A stretch of DNA of 64,000 nucleotides from an uncultured Nitrospiraceae bacterium (GTDB lineage Bacteria; Nitrospirota; Thermodesulfovibrionia; Thermodesulfovibrionales; Dissulfurispiraceae): the NCBI GenBank assembly GCA_963705105.1, contig CAVPIW010000007.1:1-64000 (forward strand), written 5' to 3'. Each line of letters starts with the position of its first letter. Positions within the stretch are counted from its first letter, which is position 1. The position numbers were made by a program, and so were the translations under genes. The notes beneath the pieces were generated by a model. The model had not been told where the DNA came from. It did not search any database and saw only the letters and a list, made by a program, of their open reading frames with translations. Below are positions 34,926 to 45,306 of the stretch, piece by piece.

Positions 34926-35834
34926 ATGATACAGGGCGGGACGAAGGGCCTGGACATCAAAAAATACCTGCGGGAAAAGAAGGATCTCATCGACTCGTTT
35001 ATCGACTCCTGTTTCCGCGATGTCCGACCCGAAAGGCTCCGGTCGTCGGTCCTCTATTCGCTGACAGCGGGAGGAAAGAGGATCAGGCCCGTCCTGTGCA
35101 TCGCGGCATATGAGGCCTGCGGCGGCGACGGCGATATCGTTCCCTGCGCCGCGGCCCTCGAATTCATCCACACTTACTCCCTCATCCACGACGACCTGCC
35201 TGCCATGGACGACGACGACCTGCGAAGGGGCAAGCCGACGAATCACAAGGTTTTCGGGGAGGCCATGGCCATCCTGGCAGGCGATGCCCTCCTGACGGAA
35301 GCCTTTGCCCTGATCGCCCGTCATGTCGCTGCGGACCCGCTCATACCCGCTTCATCGGGCCTTTGGGTCATACATGATCTTGCGACGGCCGCGGGGATCC
35401 GGGGCATGGTGGCGGGACAGGCTCAGGACATACTGTCTGAGGGGGAGGAGCCCGATGCGGAGACCCTTGCCTTCATCCATACACATAAAACGGCGGCGCT
35501 GATCACGGCTTCTGTCCGCATCGGCGGCATGCTTGCGGGCTGCAGCGACGACATCCTGGAGAGCCTGACGCGGTATGGCCGGGCCACGGGCCTCGCCTTC
35601 CAGATCACCGACGACATACTCGATGTGGTCGGCGATACGGGGGTGCTCGGCAAGACGACGGGGTCAGACGAGGAGAAGAACAAACTGACCTATCCGAGGC
35701 TCTTCGGCATCGCGGCAGCTCGGCAGAAGGCGCTGCAGCTCGTCGATGAAGCCGTCGATGCCCTTTCGTCCTTTGACGGGAAGGCCGACCCTCTGCGGGA
35801 AATCGCGCGTTTTCTGAGCACGAGGGTGTCGTGA
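34926..35834 (+). CDS. ispA: Farnesyl/geranylgeranyl diphosphate synthase
   Basis: GGKRIRP, SLIHDDLPAMDDDDLRRG, FQITDDILD. Confidence 0.95.
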   Translation: MIQGGTKGLDIKKYLREKKDLIDSFIDSCFRDVRPERLRSSVLYSLTAGGKRIRPVLCIAAYEACGGDGDIVPCAAALEFIHTYSLIHDDLPAMDDDDLRRGKPTNHKVFGEAMAILAGDALLTEAFALIARHVAADPLIPASSGLWVIHDLATAAGIRGMVAGQAQDILSEGEEPDAETLAFIHTHKTAALITASVRIGGMLAGCSDDILESLTRYGRATGLAFQITDDILDVVGDTGVLGKTTGSDEEKNKLTYPRLFGIAAARQKALQLVDEAVDALSSFDGKADPLREIARFLSTRVS

Positions 35835-35838
35835 TACG

Positions 35839-35868
35839 ACAGTGTGAGTGTCTGTGTGAGTGTCAGCA
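35839..35868 (-). repeat. CACT(C/G)(A/T)-type hexamer array
   Basis: ACAGTG TGAGTG TCTGTG TGAGTG TCAGC immediately after the ispA stop. Confidence 0.8.
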
Positions 35869-35887
35869 AAAAACACCTGTTCTTATT

Positions 35888-36225
35888 ATTGCGACAGGGA
35901 CTCCGGAAAGGCGGGGCGTATGCGCCACATAACACTAATTATTACCATGGCAATCAAACAGATGAATCGACGGGATGGCTGATGTGGTGAAAAGCCTTTC
36001 CTCTACGATACCTTATTCATCCCCTGACCACCCTTCGCCGTGTCTGTCGATACCAGGAGCCCGTCAGGCAACAGGCGCTGAACACCTGGAGATGTCTCAT
36101 CATCGCATTGGAAAGGCGTTGAACCATATCTGCCTTCCCGGAGACCGCGCAGATATAAGAAATATTCCTTTCACTGACACTGACACTTTTTTTTCAGAGT
36201 GCTTCGCCCCGCCTTTTTATGTAAC
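35888..36225. mobile_element. Degenerate, enlarged copy of the MITE-like family
   Basis: Left end TTGCGAC...CCGGAAAGGCGGGGCG and right end GCTTCGCCCCGCCTTTTTATGTAAC match the 198-bp copies. Confidence 0.55.
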
Positions 36226-36252
36226 TTTACATGATTCCTATGAGGTGAGTGA

Positions 36253-38181
36253 ATGCTCATTGAGACAATAGCATCTCCGCAGGATCTCAGGAAACTTTCG
36301 CTTAAAAACCTGAACGTGCTGGCCGACGAGCTGCGTCAGCTCATTCTCGAGCGTGTCTCCCGGAACGGCGGACACCTGGCCTCGAATCTCGGCGTCGTCG
36401 AGCTCACCATCGCACTGCATTATGTCTTCAACTCCCCGGAGGACAAAATCGTCTGGGATGTGGGCCACCAGAGCTACACGCACAAACTCCTGACGGGCAG
36501 GCATAAAGTGTTCGATACGCTCAGGCAATACGGGGGCATATCGGGCTTCCCCCGCCGTCAGGAGAGCCCCCATGACGCCTTCGGAGCGGGGCACAGCTCG
36601 ACGTCGATTTCAGCGGCCCTCGGCATCAGGGAAGGCAGGGATTTCAGGGGAGAGCGGTTCAGGGTGATCGCCGTTATCGGCGACGGAGCGCTGACGGCCG
36701 GTCTTGCCTTTGAAGGTCTGAATCATGCCGGTCACCTGAAGAAGGACTTCCTCGTCATTCTGAACGACAACGAAATGTCCATATCCCCGAACGTCGGCGC
36801 CCTCTCGTCGTACCTGAGCAAGGTGCTGACAGGCACGTTCTACAAGAAGTTCAAGCGCGAGACCAAGGCAATCCTCGAGGGCATCCCGCGCATCGGCGAA
36901 TCCTTTGCAAAAATAGCGCAGAGGGCCGAGGGCAGCCTCAAGGGGTTCTTCCTTCCCGGTGGGCTCTTCGAGGACCTTGGGTTCAACTATCTCGGTCCTA
37001 TCGACGGTCACGACATCGGTTTTCTAATCGAGACGCTGAGCCGTATCAGGGACGCCCAGGAGCCGATCCTGATGCACGTCGTCACGAAGAAGGGAAAGGG
37101 GTACCGTTTTTCCGAGGAGGACCCGTGCATTTATCACGGGACGGGCCCCTTTAAGGTAGAAACGGGGCTCACATCTCCCAAGGAGTCGATCGCCGATCTG
37201 CGGCAGGAGCGCAACCGGTCCATCACGTTCAATGAGGCCTTCGGCCTCGCCCTCACCCGTATCGGATCGATGAACAGGTCCGTCGTGGCAATCACCGCCG
37301 CCATGAAGGAGGGGACCTGCCTGGGGGGCTTCGCAGAGAGATTCCCTGACCGGTTCTACGATGTCGGCATCGCCGAACCCCATGCGGTTACCTTTGCCGC
37401 CGGCCTTGCCACACAGGGTATGAAGCCGGTCGTCGCGATCTACTCCACATTTCTGCAGCGGGCCTACGACCAGATCATCCATGACGTCTGCCTCCAGAAC
37501 CTCCCCGTCATCTTTGCCATCGACAGGGCGGGCGTCGTCGGCGAGGACGGCGCGACGCACCAGGGCCTGTTCGACATCTCCTTCCTCCGTCATATACCGA
37601 ACCTCGTCGTGATGTCGCCGAAGGACGGGGCCGAGTTGATGGAGATGCTGGCCTTCGCTTCAGACCAGGATGGGCCTGTGGCCATCCGCTATCCGAGGGG
37701 CAAGGTCGATGCATCAGGCCTCGATATTGCCGATACCGACATTCACCTGGGCAGGGCGGAGATCCTCGCCGATGGAGACGACCTCGCCGTCATCGCCGTA
37801 GGGAACACCGTCTACCAGGCCCTCAGGGCGGGACAGATGTTACGGGAGCGTGGCATTCATCCGTGCATTGTCAATGCCCGTTTCATCAAGCCCCTCGACG
37901 GTGAGCTTTTCTGCGATCTTGCAAAGCGTGTGAGGAAAATCATCACCGTTGAGGAAAACATGCTTGCCGGGGGCTTCGGTTCCGCCGTCCTGGAGCTTCT
38001 CAATGAAAAGGGGATCCACGATGTCGCCGTCAGGAGGATCGGCATCGGAGATGCCTTTGTCGAGCACGGCAAGCAGGGCATCCTCCGTGAGAAACTCGGT
38101 CTGGACGCCGACGGGATCTGCCGCGCCGCCGAAGAGCTTATGAGCCGGTCAGCCTATATCAAAAAACTGATCCTTCACTGA
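36253..38181 (+). CDS. dxs: 1-deoxy-D-xylulose-5-phosphate synthase
   Basis: GGHLASNLG, WDVGHQSY, GDGALTAG...NDN, DVGIAE, DRAG. Confidence 0.98.
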   Translation: MLIETIASPQDLRKLSLKNLNVLADELRQLILERVSRNGGHLASNLGVVELTIALHYVFNSPEDKIVWDVGHQSYTHKLLTGRHKVFDTLRQYGGISGFPRRQESPHDAFGAGHSSTSISAALGIREGRDFRGERFRVIAVIGDGALTAGLAFEGLNHAGHLKKDFLVILNDNEMSISPNVGALSSYLSKVLTGTFYKKFKRETKAILEGIPRIGESFAKIAQRAEGSLKGFFLPGGLFEDLGFNYLGPIDGHDIGFLIETLSRIRDAQEPILMHVVTKKGKGYRFSEEDPCIYHGTGPFKVETGLTSPKESIADLRQERNRSITFNEAFGLALTRIGSMNRSVVAITAAMKEGTCLGGFAERFPDRFYDVGIAEPHAVTFAAGLATQGMKPVVAIYSTFLQRAYDQIIHDVCLQNLPVIFAIDRAGVVGEDGATHQGLFDISFLRHIPNLVVMSPKDGAELMEMLAFASDQDGPVAIRYPRGKVDASGLDIADTDIHLGRAEILADGDDLAVIAVGNTVYQALRAGQMLRERGIHPCIVNARFIKPLDGELFCDLAKRVRKIITVEENMLAGGFGSAVLELLNEKGIHDVAVRRIGIGDAFVEHGKQGILREKLGLDADGICRAAEELMSRSAYIKKLILH

Positions 38182-38219
38182 CACTGTCCCTCTCACTATT
38201 TTCAGAGGCATGGACCCGG

Positions 38220-38255
38220 CGCCCCCGCATCATGTGCGGGGTTGCGGGAATGACA
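38220..38255. repeat. Partial REP-like hairpin repeat
   Basis: CGCCCCCGCAT-n4-TGCGGGGTTGCGGGAATGACA, shared with 48123-48158. Confidence 0.75.
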
Positions 38256-38325
38256 GACGAGGGACTGCGCGGGCATAGCCGTTTGATTGCATGGGCCTCT
38301 GCCCAAAGGCGCGAAATTCTCCGTT

Positions 38326-38360
38326 CACTGTCACTGACACTCACACTGACACTGTCTTAA
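38326..38360 (+). repeat. Hexamer array, first copy of a 34-bp direct repeat
   Basis: ACTGTCACTGACACTCACACTGACACTGTCTTAA, identical at 38591-38624. Confidence 0.9.
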
Positions 38361-38367
38361 CCTTATC

Positions 38368-38565
38368 GTTGCAATAGGACATCCGGAAAGGCGGGGCGAA
38401 GATGCCGAAAAGCCTTGGTGCTGCGAAACCTTTGCCTTCCCATAGGGATCATTTCAAGCGTATGATTGATCGCATAAAAGATGGGATCCCGAATGTCCAG
38501 TTTCAAATGATCATGCTCGCTATCAGCAAGGTATTGAGGCACTTCGTCCTGCCTTTTCATGCAAC
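38368..38565. mobile_element. 198-bp MITE-like element
   Basis: GTTGCA...TGCAAC ends with subterminal GAAAGGCGGGGCGAAG-like motifs in inverted orientation. Confidence 0.7.
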
Positions 38566-38589
38566 AGGAAGGTTACGTTATTCTCCTTT

Positions 38590-38624
38590 GACTGTCACTG
38601 ACACTCACACTGACACTGTCTTAA
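38590..38624 (+). repeat. Hexamer array, second copy of the 34-bp direct repeat (overlaps the hisG stop)
   Basis: Identical to 38327-38360. Confidence 0.9.
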
Positions 38625-39496
38625 GGGATGACCTTGCTCAGGGGATATTCGACGATCCCCGATGCGCCGGCGGCCTTCAGTTTCGGTATCAGGTCGCGGG
38701 CGATCTTCTCGTCAATCACCACATCGATAGCGTACCACCCCGTGTCCGACAGAGAGGAAACGGTCGGCGAATGCATGGCCGACAGGAGGCTGAGCACCCT
38801 CTTGAAGGACTCCTGGGGGACGTTCATCTTGAGGCCCACCTTCTCTTCCGCTGCCAGTGCTCCCTGGAGCATGAGGGCGATGTTCTCCATCTTCCGGCGC
38901 TTCCACTTGTCCTGCCATGACTTCCTGTGCGCGATGAACCGTGTCGTTGATTCGATGACCGTCTCGACGATGCGGAGATTATTTGCCCGGAGAGATGTGC
39001 CCGTTTCCGTCAGCTCGACGATCGCGTCTGCCAGGAAGGGAGGCTTCACCTCCGTGGCGCCCCAGGAGAAATCGACGTCAGCCTTGACGCCCCTCGATTT
39101 CAGAAACCTCTTGGTAAATCCGACGAGCTCCGTTGCGATCCGCTTTCCCGCCAAATCCTCCACTCGCTTTATATCAGAGTCCGCCGGTACCGCGACGACC
39201 CATCGTACCGGGCGAAACCCCTCCTTCGCGTATTTCAGTTCGGCAATCTCTACAACATCCGCATTCTGTTCGAGGACCCAGTCATGGCCCGTCAATCCGC
39301 AGTCGAGGTACCCATCCTCGACGTAGCGCGCCATCTCCTGGGCGCGGATAAGCATCGATTCGATCTCGGGGTCATCAAAGACGGGATAATAGGAGCGGGA
39401 TGAGACGGTGATGTGATAACCGGCCTTCCTGAAGAGCCGCAGCGTCGATTCCTGGAGGCTCCCCTTGGGAAGCCCGAGTTTGAGTATGGTGCTCAT
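38621..39496 (-). CDS. hisG: ATP phosphoribosyltransferase (long form)
   Basis: [35 protein letters not shown]-terminal regulatory domain. Confidence 0.96.
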   Translation of the reverse strand: MSTILKLGLPKGSLQESTLRLFRKAGYHITVSSRSYYPVFDDPEIESMLIRAQEMARYVEDGYLDCGLTGHDWVLEQNADVVEIAELKYAKEGFRPVRWVVAVPADSDIKRVEDLAGKRIATELVGFTKRFLKSRGVKADVDFSWGATEVKPPFLADAIVELTETGTSLRANNLRIVETVIESTTRFIAHRKSWQDKWKRRKMENIALMLQGALAAEEKVGLKMNVPQESFKRVLSLLSAMHSPTVSSLSDTGWYAIDVVIDEKIARDLIPKLKAAGASGIVEYPLSKVIP

Positions 39497-39539
39497 GGTT
39501 CAGTGCAGTCCTTTCTCTTTCCTGACATTCAATTTAACA

Positions 39540-39574
39540 GACAAGAAGGGCGGCACCGAGATGCCGCCCTTCCC
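39540..39574 (-). terminator. Intrinsic terminator after cooS
   Basis: GAAGGGCGGCA-n6-TGCCGCCCTTC stem followed by a U-containing tail on the minus strand. Confidence 0.7.
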
Positions 39575-39620
39575 GTGTATACGACGTCCCGCGGCGATGT
39601 CGCGGGACTGTTTCGGTGAC

Positions 39621-41627
39621 TTAGACGCCCATATGAGGCTTTCCGCCTTTGTGGATCTCGCGGCGGGCGGCCATGTCCATAAGGACCTTCTCAGTCCCGA
39701 ACTTGCCGGGCTCGTACTTCCGCAGCTTGAGCTCATCCCTTGCTGCGTCGATGTAGTTGAGGGTCCTCTCGAGCATCTTCTCGACTTCCTTCTCGAAGAC
39801 GAAGCAGCCCTTGAAGCGCTCGTACCAGACATCTTCCATGATCCTCTTCACCTCGCTGCTCGCCTCGGCGATGTGCTCGCCGCCGAAGATGACGGGGCAG
39901 CCTGACGCGGCGCAGTAGCAGGCGATGGTGACGGCCTTCTCGGACATCCACTCGGGTGCGATACCGACTGCCGGCATGCCGCCGATCTCATCGGAGAGTC
40001 CGCCCTCAGCCGCCATGGCAGAGGCGATGGTGAGGATCCTCGAGTTGTCGACGCAGGAGCCGAGGGTGAGGATCGGGGGCATCCCCGTCGCCTCGCAGAC
40101 CTGCCTCAGGCCGGGACCGGCCATCTCGAAGGCCATCTCGGGGGTGATGAATCCGGCGAGACCGCAAGCATGGGAGCCGCAGCCCGTGGTGATGACGAGG
40201 ACGTCCCTCTTGATCAGCTCCGTCACGAGGAAGGTGTGGTTCTTCGTGGCCGGGAACCTCGTGTTGTCACAGCCGACGACGGCGGCGACGCCGCGGATCC
40301 TGCCCGACATGATGGCGTCGTTGAGGGGCCTGAAAGACGCCCTCCACTTGCCGCCGAGCATGTACTCGATGTACTCGTGAGAGAATCCGGTGATGACGGG
40401 GTACTTGTCCCTGACGTCCCTGATGCCCTCTTTCGTCCTGTTCGGGTAGTTGTCTATGGCGACCCTCATGATCTCCCTCGCAAGCTCCTTCGACCGGGCA
40501 TCATCCACGTTCGGCATGTGGATGGCGCCGGGCATGTGGGCCTTCGGGGAGGTCGTAATGACCTTGGTGTGGAACTTCTTGGCGACCTCGGCGATAGCCG
40601 GCATGATGCACTGGACGTCGACGGTCATGGCGTCGACAAGGCCGGTGAGGATGGCAAGCTCCTGGTTGGTAAAGCCGCCCATGGTCGGGATGCCGTGCCT
40701 CATGAGGATCTCGTTGGCGGTGCAGCACTGACCGGTGAGGTTGATGCCCGCGGCGCCCTTGGACTTGGCATAGGCGACGAGTTCAGGCTCCGATGCCACC
40801 TCGACCATTTTCTCGGCCAGGTTCGGCTCGTGCCCGTGAACGACGATGTTCACCATGTCTTCCTTGAAGACGCCGAAGCTCGCCTCGGCCCTTATCGGCT
40901 GAGGTGTGCCGAAGAGGATGTCCGTGATGTCCGTGCCGATCATCGATCCGCCCCAGCCGTCGGCAAGGGCCACCCTCAGACCGCAGAGGAGCAGTTCGTC
41001 CGGATCGAGGTCGACGCCGGTATGGGTCCTATGCATGGCCTCCATAATCTCTCTCTCTGCGCCCCTCGGAACGATGCCCCACTTTCTCCATCTCTCCTGG
41101 GTTTTCTTCGGGGCCCTGGAGATGTAGCTCATCTCGCCCTTCTGCTGGGTGTAATCCAGGAGGAACCTGTCGGCGACATCCTTCGCCACAGCCAGGACCT
41201 CGCGGCCCTCGAACTCGATGTTGAGGTAACCGGCGACCTTGTACAGCTTCTTCACGTCCGTGATCTGGAAGTCCTTTGTATGTCCCTCGGCGACGGCGAG
41301 GAGGGTCATCGCCATGTCGAGACCGTGGTCGGTGTGCGCAGCGCAGCCGCCGGCGATCATCCTGACGACGTTCCTCGCTGCAACGGTTCCCATTGTGGCG
41401 CCGCAGACGCCGCGTGCGTTCATATCGGCATCCTTGCCGACGAGACGGCAGGGGCCCATGCTGCAGAGTTTGCAGCACGCGCCGGTATGACCGATGGGAC
41501 AGGCTTTTACTTTGTCGGCCCTGCCGAAGCAGGTCTCTATCTCATGCTCTTCGGCCCACTTGAGAATCCTCTCTGCTGCCGGATTCGCAGGCCTTGATTT
41601 CTTCTCTTCCTTTTTCTCCTTCTCCAT
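39621..41627 (-). CDS. cooS: Anaerobic Ni,Fe carbon monoxide dehydrogenase catalytic subunit
   Basis: CPIGHTGACCKLCSMGPC (D/B clusters); C-cluster ligands HGH, CCT, DVQC, VGCDN, TGC, GSCVD; SEKA. Confidence 0.97.
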   Translation of the reverse strand: MEKEKKEEKKSRPANPAAERILKWAEEHEIETCFGRADKVKACPIGHTGACCKLCSMGPCRLVGKDADMNARGVCGATMGTVAARNVVRMIAGGCAAHTDHGLDMAMTLLAVAEGHTKDFQITDVKKLYKVAGYLNIEFEGREVLAVAKDVADRFLLDYTQQKGEMSYISRAPKKTQERWRKWGIVPRGAEREIMEAMHRTHTGVDLDPDELLLCGLRVALADGWGGSMIGTDITDILFGTPQPIRAEASFGVFKEDMVNIVVHGHEPNLAEKMVEVASEPELVAYAKSKGAAGINLTGQCCTANEILMRHGIPTMGGFTNQELAILTGLVDAMTVDVQCIMPAIAEVAKKFHTKVITTSPKAHMPGAIHMPNVDDARSKELAREIMRVAIDNYPNRTKEGIRDVRDKYPVITGFSHEYIEYMLGGKWRASFRPLNDAIMSGRIRGVAAVVGCDNTRFPATKNHTFLVTELIKRDVLVITTGCGSHACGLAGFITPEMAFEMAGPGLRQVCEATGMPPILTLGSCVDNSRILTIASAMAAEGGLSDEIGGMPAVGIAPEWMSEKAVTIACYCAASGCPVIFGGEHIAEASSEVKRIMEDVWYERFKGCFVFEKEVEKMLERTLNYIDAARDELKLRKYEPGKFGTEKVLMDMAARREIHKGGKPHMGV

Positions 41628-41653
41628 AAAATCTTACCTCCGCCCTGAGATTT

Positions 41654-41686
41654 CGCGCAAAAAGTTTGCACGCTCTTAGTATACCA
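41654..41686 (-). promoter_or_regulatory. Putative internal cooS promoter with an adjacent operator-like palindrome
   Basis: TGGTATACT extended -10 on minus (41678-41686); CGCGCAAA-n3-TTTGCACG inverted repeat at 41654-41672. Confidence 0.5.
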
Positions 41687-41702
41687 TGTAATTGTAATTT
41701 TA

Positions 41703-43901
41703 CTATATCATCGACTCCATCTCGAGCGCCGGGTGGTTGACCTTCTGGAGGAACTCGACGAGCTTCTCGGAGTCTTCACAGATGGTCTCATCGGCGATCT
41801 TGTCGATGAGGTCAGGCATACCGGCTTCCTCGCACCTCTTCTTGAACTCTTCGGCGACCCTCTCCTTGAGCTGTTTCGGCATCCAGACGATCCTCTTGAT
41901 GCCGCCGTCGCCGTAGAGGAACTTCTTGCTTGTGACGAAGTTCACGCCGATGCCCATAAAGCCGGGGTTCTGCGTACCGCCGCCGACGGAGCCGGCGAAG
42001 GTGGAGAACTTCATGCCCACGGGGGTCATGCCCGTATGGCCTCTGTTGACGAGCATGACGCCGTTGGCCTCGGGCAGGATTGCGACGATGCACTCGAAGC
42101 AGCCGCAGGAGGTCATGGGGTTCTGCATGATCGTGTAGAGGTTGAGCGACTCGACGGCGCCGCCCGTCGTCTTTGTAAGATACTCATCGACGCCGGTGAA
42201 GTGGCCGAGATTCGCATCGAGGACCTCGCCCTTCCGGATCGGCTGGTTACCGCCGCTCGGGTCGATCTCGAAAGCGGCCTTGCAGTCGAGCCAGTTGAAG
42301 GCGCCGCAGAGGCCGAGCCGCTCCGGAGAGACAACACAGGCATGGCTCGGCGCGAAGGACTGGCAGAGCAGGCAGGAGTAAAACTCCTCGACGCTCTCGT
42401 CGGTGAGGCTGCCCAGCCTCTGGTCGCGCTCGTAGTATGCTGCGCGGGCTGTCTCGAGGCCCTGCTTCACATCCGCCTCGTCGACGGAAATGGTGACCTG
42501 CACCTTGTCGACGATCGATTTGAACCGGTAGTGGATCATGGTGGTATGAATGATGCCGAGGTGCTCCAGGTCGAACCCCGCCTGCTGGGCGGCGTTGCTG
42601 ATCCTGACCCAGTTGACGTCACGCTGTCCCATATGGAAAATGCCCTGGGCCTCGTTAAGGTCGGAGTGGATCTTCCTCTCGATAACGGACTCGAAGTCCT
42701 TCTGCATCTTGCGGCCTGCCACCTGGATGGTGATGCCGAGGGGCATCCTGCCGCCCTTCCCAAAGATCTCTTTCCAGTTGTCCGGCTTGATGATGATCTT
42801 GTTGTCCTCGATGTCCTCCATCTCCTTCATCTGGACGAGCTCGAAGGCCGGGGTCTTCTGTCCGCCCATCTCGGCGAAGGTGTCTTCCTTCCTGATGCGC
42901 TCGCCCTCGAAGGCGGGACCGTAGGAGACGGGGATCGGCGGCTTCTCGACGACGATCTTGAGACCCCTCACCTCGATCGCCTTCTGGACGATCTTGGTGT
43001 GATCGAATTCCTTGTCCACGTGCTCGTACGTGCAGACGCCCGTCGGGAGGATGACGGGGACGTCGGTGTCGCAGACGGCCGGGAAGCCCATGTTGATGGC
43101 GCCGGCGCCGGTGGCCCACTTGATGTCGTCCATCGGGCCGAGGGCGATGGCGAAGGCGAAGACCCTGTCCTTCTGATACTTGAGGTGTCCCTTAAAGTCA
43201 CCCGGTTTTTTCGCGCCGAAGATGAGGGACGCCCTGATGGCCCAGTCTGCCGCGTAGAGGATATGCTCCGTGTCGGGTCCAAGGGGGACGATACGGGCAT
43301 CCCAGCCGAGATCGATGTTCTTCCTCAGGAGCTGCTTCGTCACGCTGTCGCCGTTGGACGAACCGGCGAGGAAGGTGAGGATGTTCTTCTCCTGGAGCTC
43401 GCGGCAGATGCTGACCGCTATGTCCTCATTCGGGGCGGCCCCGAGGATGCAGGCAAAGCCCGGCATGGTGCCGTCGACGAGCGTAATACCGAGGTTTCTC
43501 TGGATGGTGTCCGTAATGAAGCCGTTGTAGACGTATCCGGTCTCGGGATCGGTCATGGGCTCCAGACCCATGATATTCTTGCAGGAGAGAATAATCTCCT
43601 CTGCAAAGAGAGTGGCCATACCGCAGTCGAGGGTCTCCCCGAGATAGGGTGTCCAGAGGTGCTCCTCCGGAACGGGGTGAAGCAGTTCTTTGGCAAAGCC
43701 GACGGCCTTTACGAGATCTCCCGTCGTCTTGACGGGGAATGCCGTCATCGCATAAATCATGGGGAGATAGTACGCCGTGTCAGGCAGTTCGATCTTGAAA
43801 TCGGTGCCCTTCTCGGCGATGACCTTCCCCACCCATTCTTCAGCCTGGGCGGTGAGATGTGTTGCGCCCCGGATAACAGCTGATGCAATAATCTTTGACA
43901 T
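41703..43901 (-). CDS. acsB: Acetyl-CoA synthase, bacterial type
   Basis: 732 aa; PDTAYYLP, CLLCQSFAP..C, GLCGA, TSCGCFEC A-cluster ligands. Confidence 0.97.
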   Translation of the reverse strand: MSKIIASAVIRGATHLTAQAEEWVGKVIAEKGTDFKIELPDTAYYLPMIYAMTAFPVKTTGDLVKAVGFAKELLHPVPEEHLWTPYLGETLDCGMATLFAEEIILSCKNIMGLEPMTDPETGYVYNGFITDTIQRNLGITLVDGTMPGFACILGAAPNEDIAVSICRELQEKNILTFLAGSSNGDSVTKQLLRKNIDLGWDARIVPLGPDTEHILYAADWAIRASLIFGAKKPGDFKGHLKYQKDRVFAFAIALGPMDDIKWATGAGAINMGFPAVCDTDVPVILPTGVCTYEHVDKEFDHTKIVQKAIEVRGLKIVVEKPPIPVSYGPAFEGERIRKEDTFAEMGGQKTPAFELVQMKEMEDIEDNKIIIKPDNWKEIFGKGGRMPLGITIQVAGRKMQKDFESVIERKIHSDLNEAQGIFHMGQRDVNWVRISNAAQQAGFDLEHLGIIHTTMIHYRFKSIVDKVQVTISVDEADVKQGLETARAAYYERDQRLGSLTDESVEEFYSCLLCQSFAPSHACVVSPERLGLCGAFNWLDCKAAFEIDPSGGNQPIRKGEVLDANLGHFTGVDEYLTKTTGGAVESLNLYTIMQNPMTSCGCFECIVAILPEANGVMLVNRGHTGMTPVGMKFSTFAGSVGGGTQNPGFMGIGVNFVTSKKFLYGDGGIKRIVWMPKQLKERVAEEFKKRCEEAGMPDLIDKIADETICEDSEKLVEFLQKVNHPALEMESMI

Positions 43902-43956
43902 CCTTACCTCCTGCTATTGTAAATGTAGGTTCTCTTCACGATTAAGAGAACTGTGG

Positions 43957-45294
43957 TTAACGCTGTTTCAGGAAGACGGGGATCCCGTTTGCTTCCCTCG
44001 GCCCGACGGTGATCTTCCAGCCCGGCAGCTTCTCCTCGATGGCGCCGCTCATCAGGGCGACATAACCGGGTATGATAAGCTCCCTGTGACTCACCGTGTT
44101 CTCGACGCCGCTCTCCTGCATGAAAGCGGCGATCTTGGCTGCGGTGAACTTGCCTGCAGCCCAGGACGTCAGGACCGAAAGTCCCTCCGTGTCCATGACG
44201 GCCAGCCAGCTCGGCACCTTGCTGTTCTCGATCTCGCCCGACACGATGAAGTAGGTGAGAGAGAAGTTCGAGGTGATCATGAGCGGCGAATCGGCAGTCG
44301 CCTCGCCGATCTTGTAGATGTTCTGCTTCACCTGCATCGGCACCTGCGGGTCCGTGTAGATGTTCTGCCTCAGGGCGAAGAGGGCGACGTTCTTCCACTT
44401 CTCGATGCTGCTCAGGACGATGACGGAGGCGTACTTGGCGACGCCGAGGGTGGCGATGAGGGCTTCAACCATCGAATCTCCCCTCTGGGCAAAGCTGATG
44501 GTGGGGAAGCCGACGGACTTCACGCCCTTCTTGACCGCCGCACGCCTGATGAAGGTGTTGTCACGCAGCATGTCCTTAGCGGTCCTGGCCCCGGAATCGA
44601 GCACCATATCGTTGACCCCGAGTCCCTTGATCTTGTCGGTGAGGTCCGTGAGTTCATCGAGGTTTTGCGCAACGACGCCGAGGGAGGCGCCGTAGGTCTT
44701 CGCCAGGTTCGCCATGGCGTCGGCATTGGCGGCATTGGCGCCATACAGGAGAGGCTTCTTGTCCTTGACGACCTTGAGTCCCGCCTCTGCTGCGGCGGCG
44801 TCGGTCGTCCCGAGGATGACAGCCACGTCGGGCGCCGTCGCGGCGACGACCTTCACGGCGTTCTCGAACTTTCCGGCATCACCGGAGGCGTTATTGACGA
44901 AAACGGCGTCGATGCGGAGCATCTGGCCGACCCTCTCCATCTCGGAGGCGGCGACGTCCTGCGTTTTCTGCTTTATCTCATCATCGCTCAGGGTGTCCGC
45001 AATCTCGAGCGCAAAGGCGCAGGGGTTGACGAACTTCTTCTCATGCCTGAAGAGGACCGTTTCCTCTCCGACCTTGAAGGCCTTGTCGCCGGCGCCGACG
45101 GTGATCGCCCTGATCGGCGGAGCGGACGCTTCACCGAGGATCTTCTTTGCCTCTTCGGACACGTCCGGGCAGGCATCGAGGGCCACCTGGTTCGACGCGA
45201 GTTTCATCGCGAAGGCGAGACAGGTGGGAAAACCGCATTTCTTACAGTTTGTTTTCGGGAGCAGCTTGAATATCTCAACTCCAGTCAGAGCCAT
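43957..45294 (-). CDS. acsC: Corrinoid iron-sulfur protein, large subunit
   Basis: LPKTNCKKCGFPTCLAFA...CP, GEETVLFRHE, NIYTDPQ, GLSVLTSWAAGKF. Confidence 0.97.
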   Translation of the reverse strand: MALTGVEIFKLLPKTNCKKCGFPTCLAFAMKLASNQVALDACPDVSEEAKKILGEASAPPIRAITVGAGDKAFKVGEETVLFRHEKKFVNPCAFALEIADTLSDDEIKQKTQDVAASEMERVGQMLRIDAVFVNNASGDAGKFENAVKVVAATAPDVAVILGTTDAAAAEAGLKVVKDKKPLLYGANAANADAMANLAKTYGASLGVVAQNLDELTDLTDKIKGLGVNDMVLDSGARTAKDMLRDNTFIRRAAVKKGVKSVGFPTISFAQRGDSMVEALIATLGVAKYASVIVLSSIEKWKNVALFALRQNIYTDPQVPMQVKQNIYKIGEATADSPLMITSNFSLTYFIVSGEIENSKVPSWLAVMDTEGLSVLTSWAAGKFTAAKIAAFMQESGVENTVSHRELIIPGYVALMSGAIEEKLPGWKITVGPREANGIPVFLKQR

Positions 45295-45306
45295 ACGTAT
45301 CCTCCT

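Noticed and set aside
35975..36271. 98-aa ORF between ispA and dxs (also 38402-38920)
   Set aside because: Lies in repeat/MITE-derived spacer sequence; the TDTDT/TDTHTDT peptides simply translate the hexamer arrays.
41654..41672. Rex operator
   Set aside because: Half-site spacing does not fit TTGTGAA-n4-TTCACAA; kept only as an unassigned palindrome.
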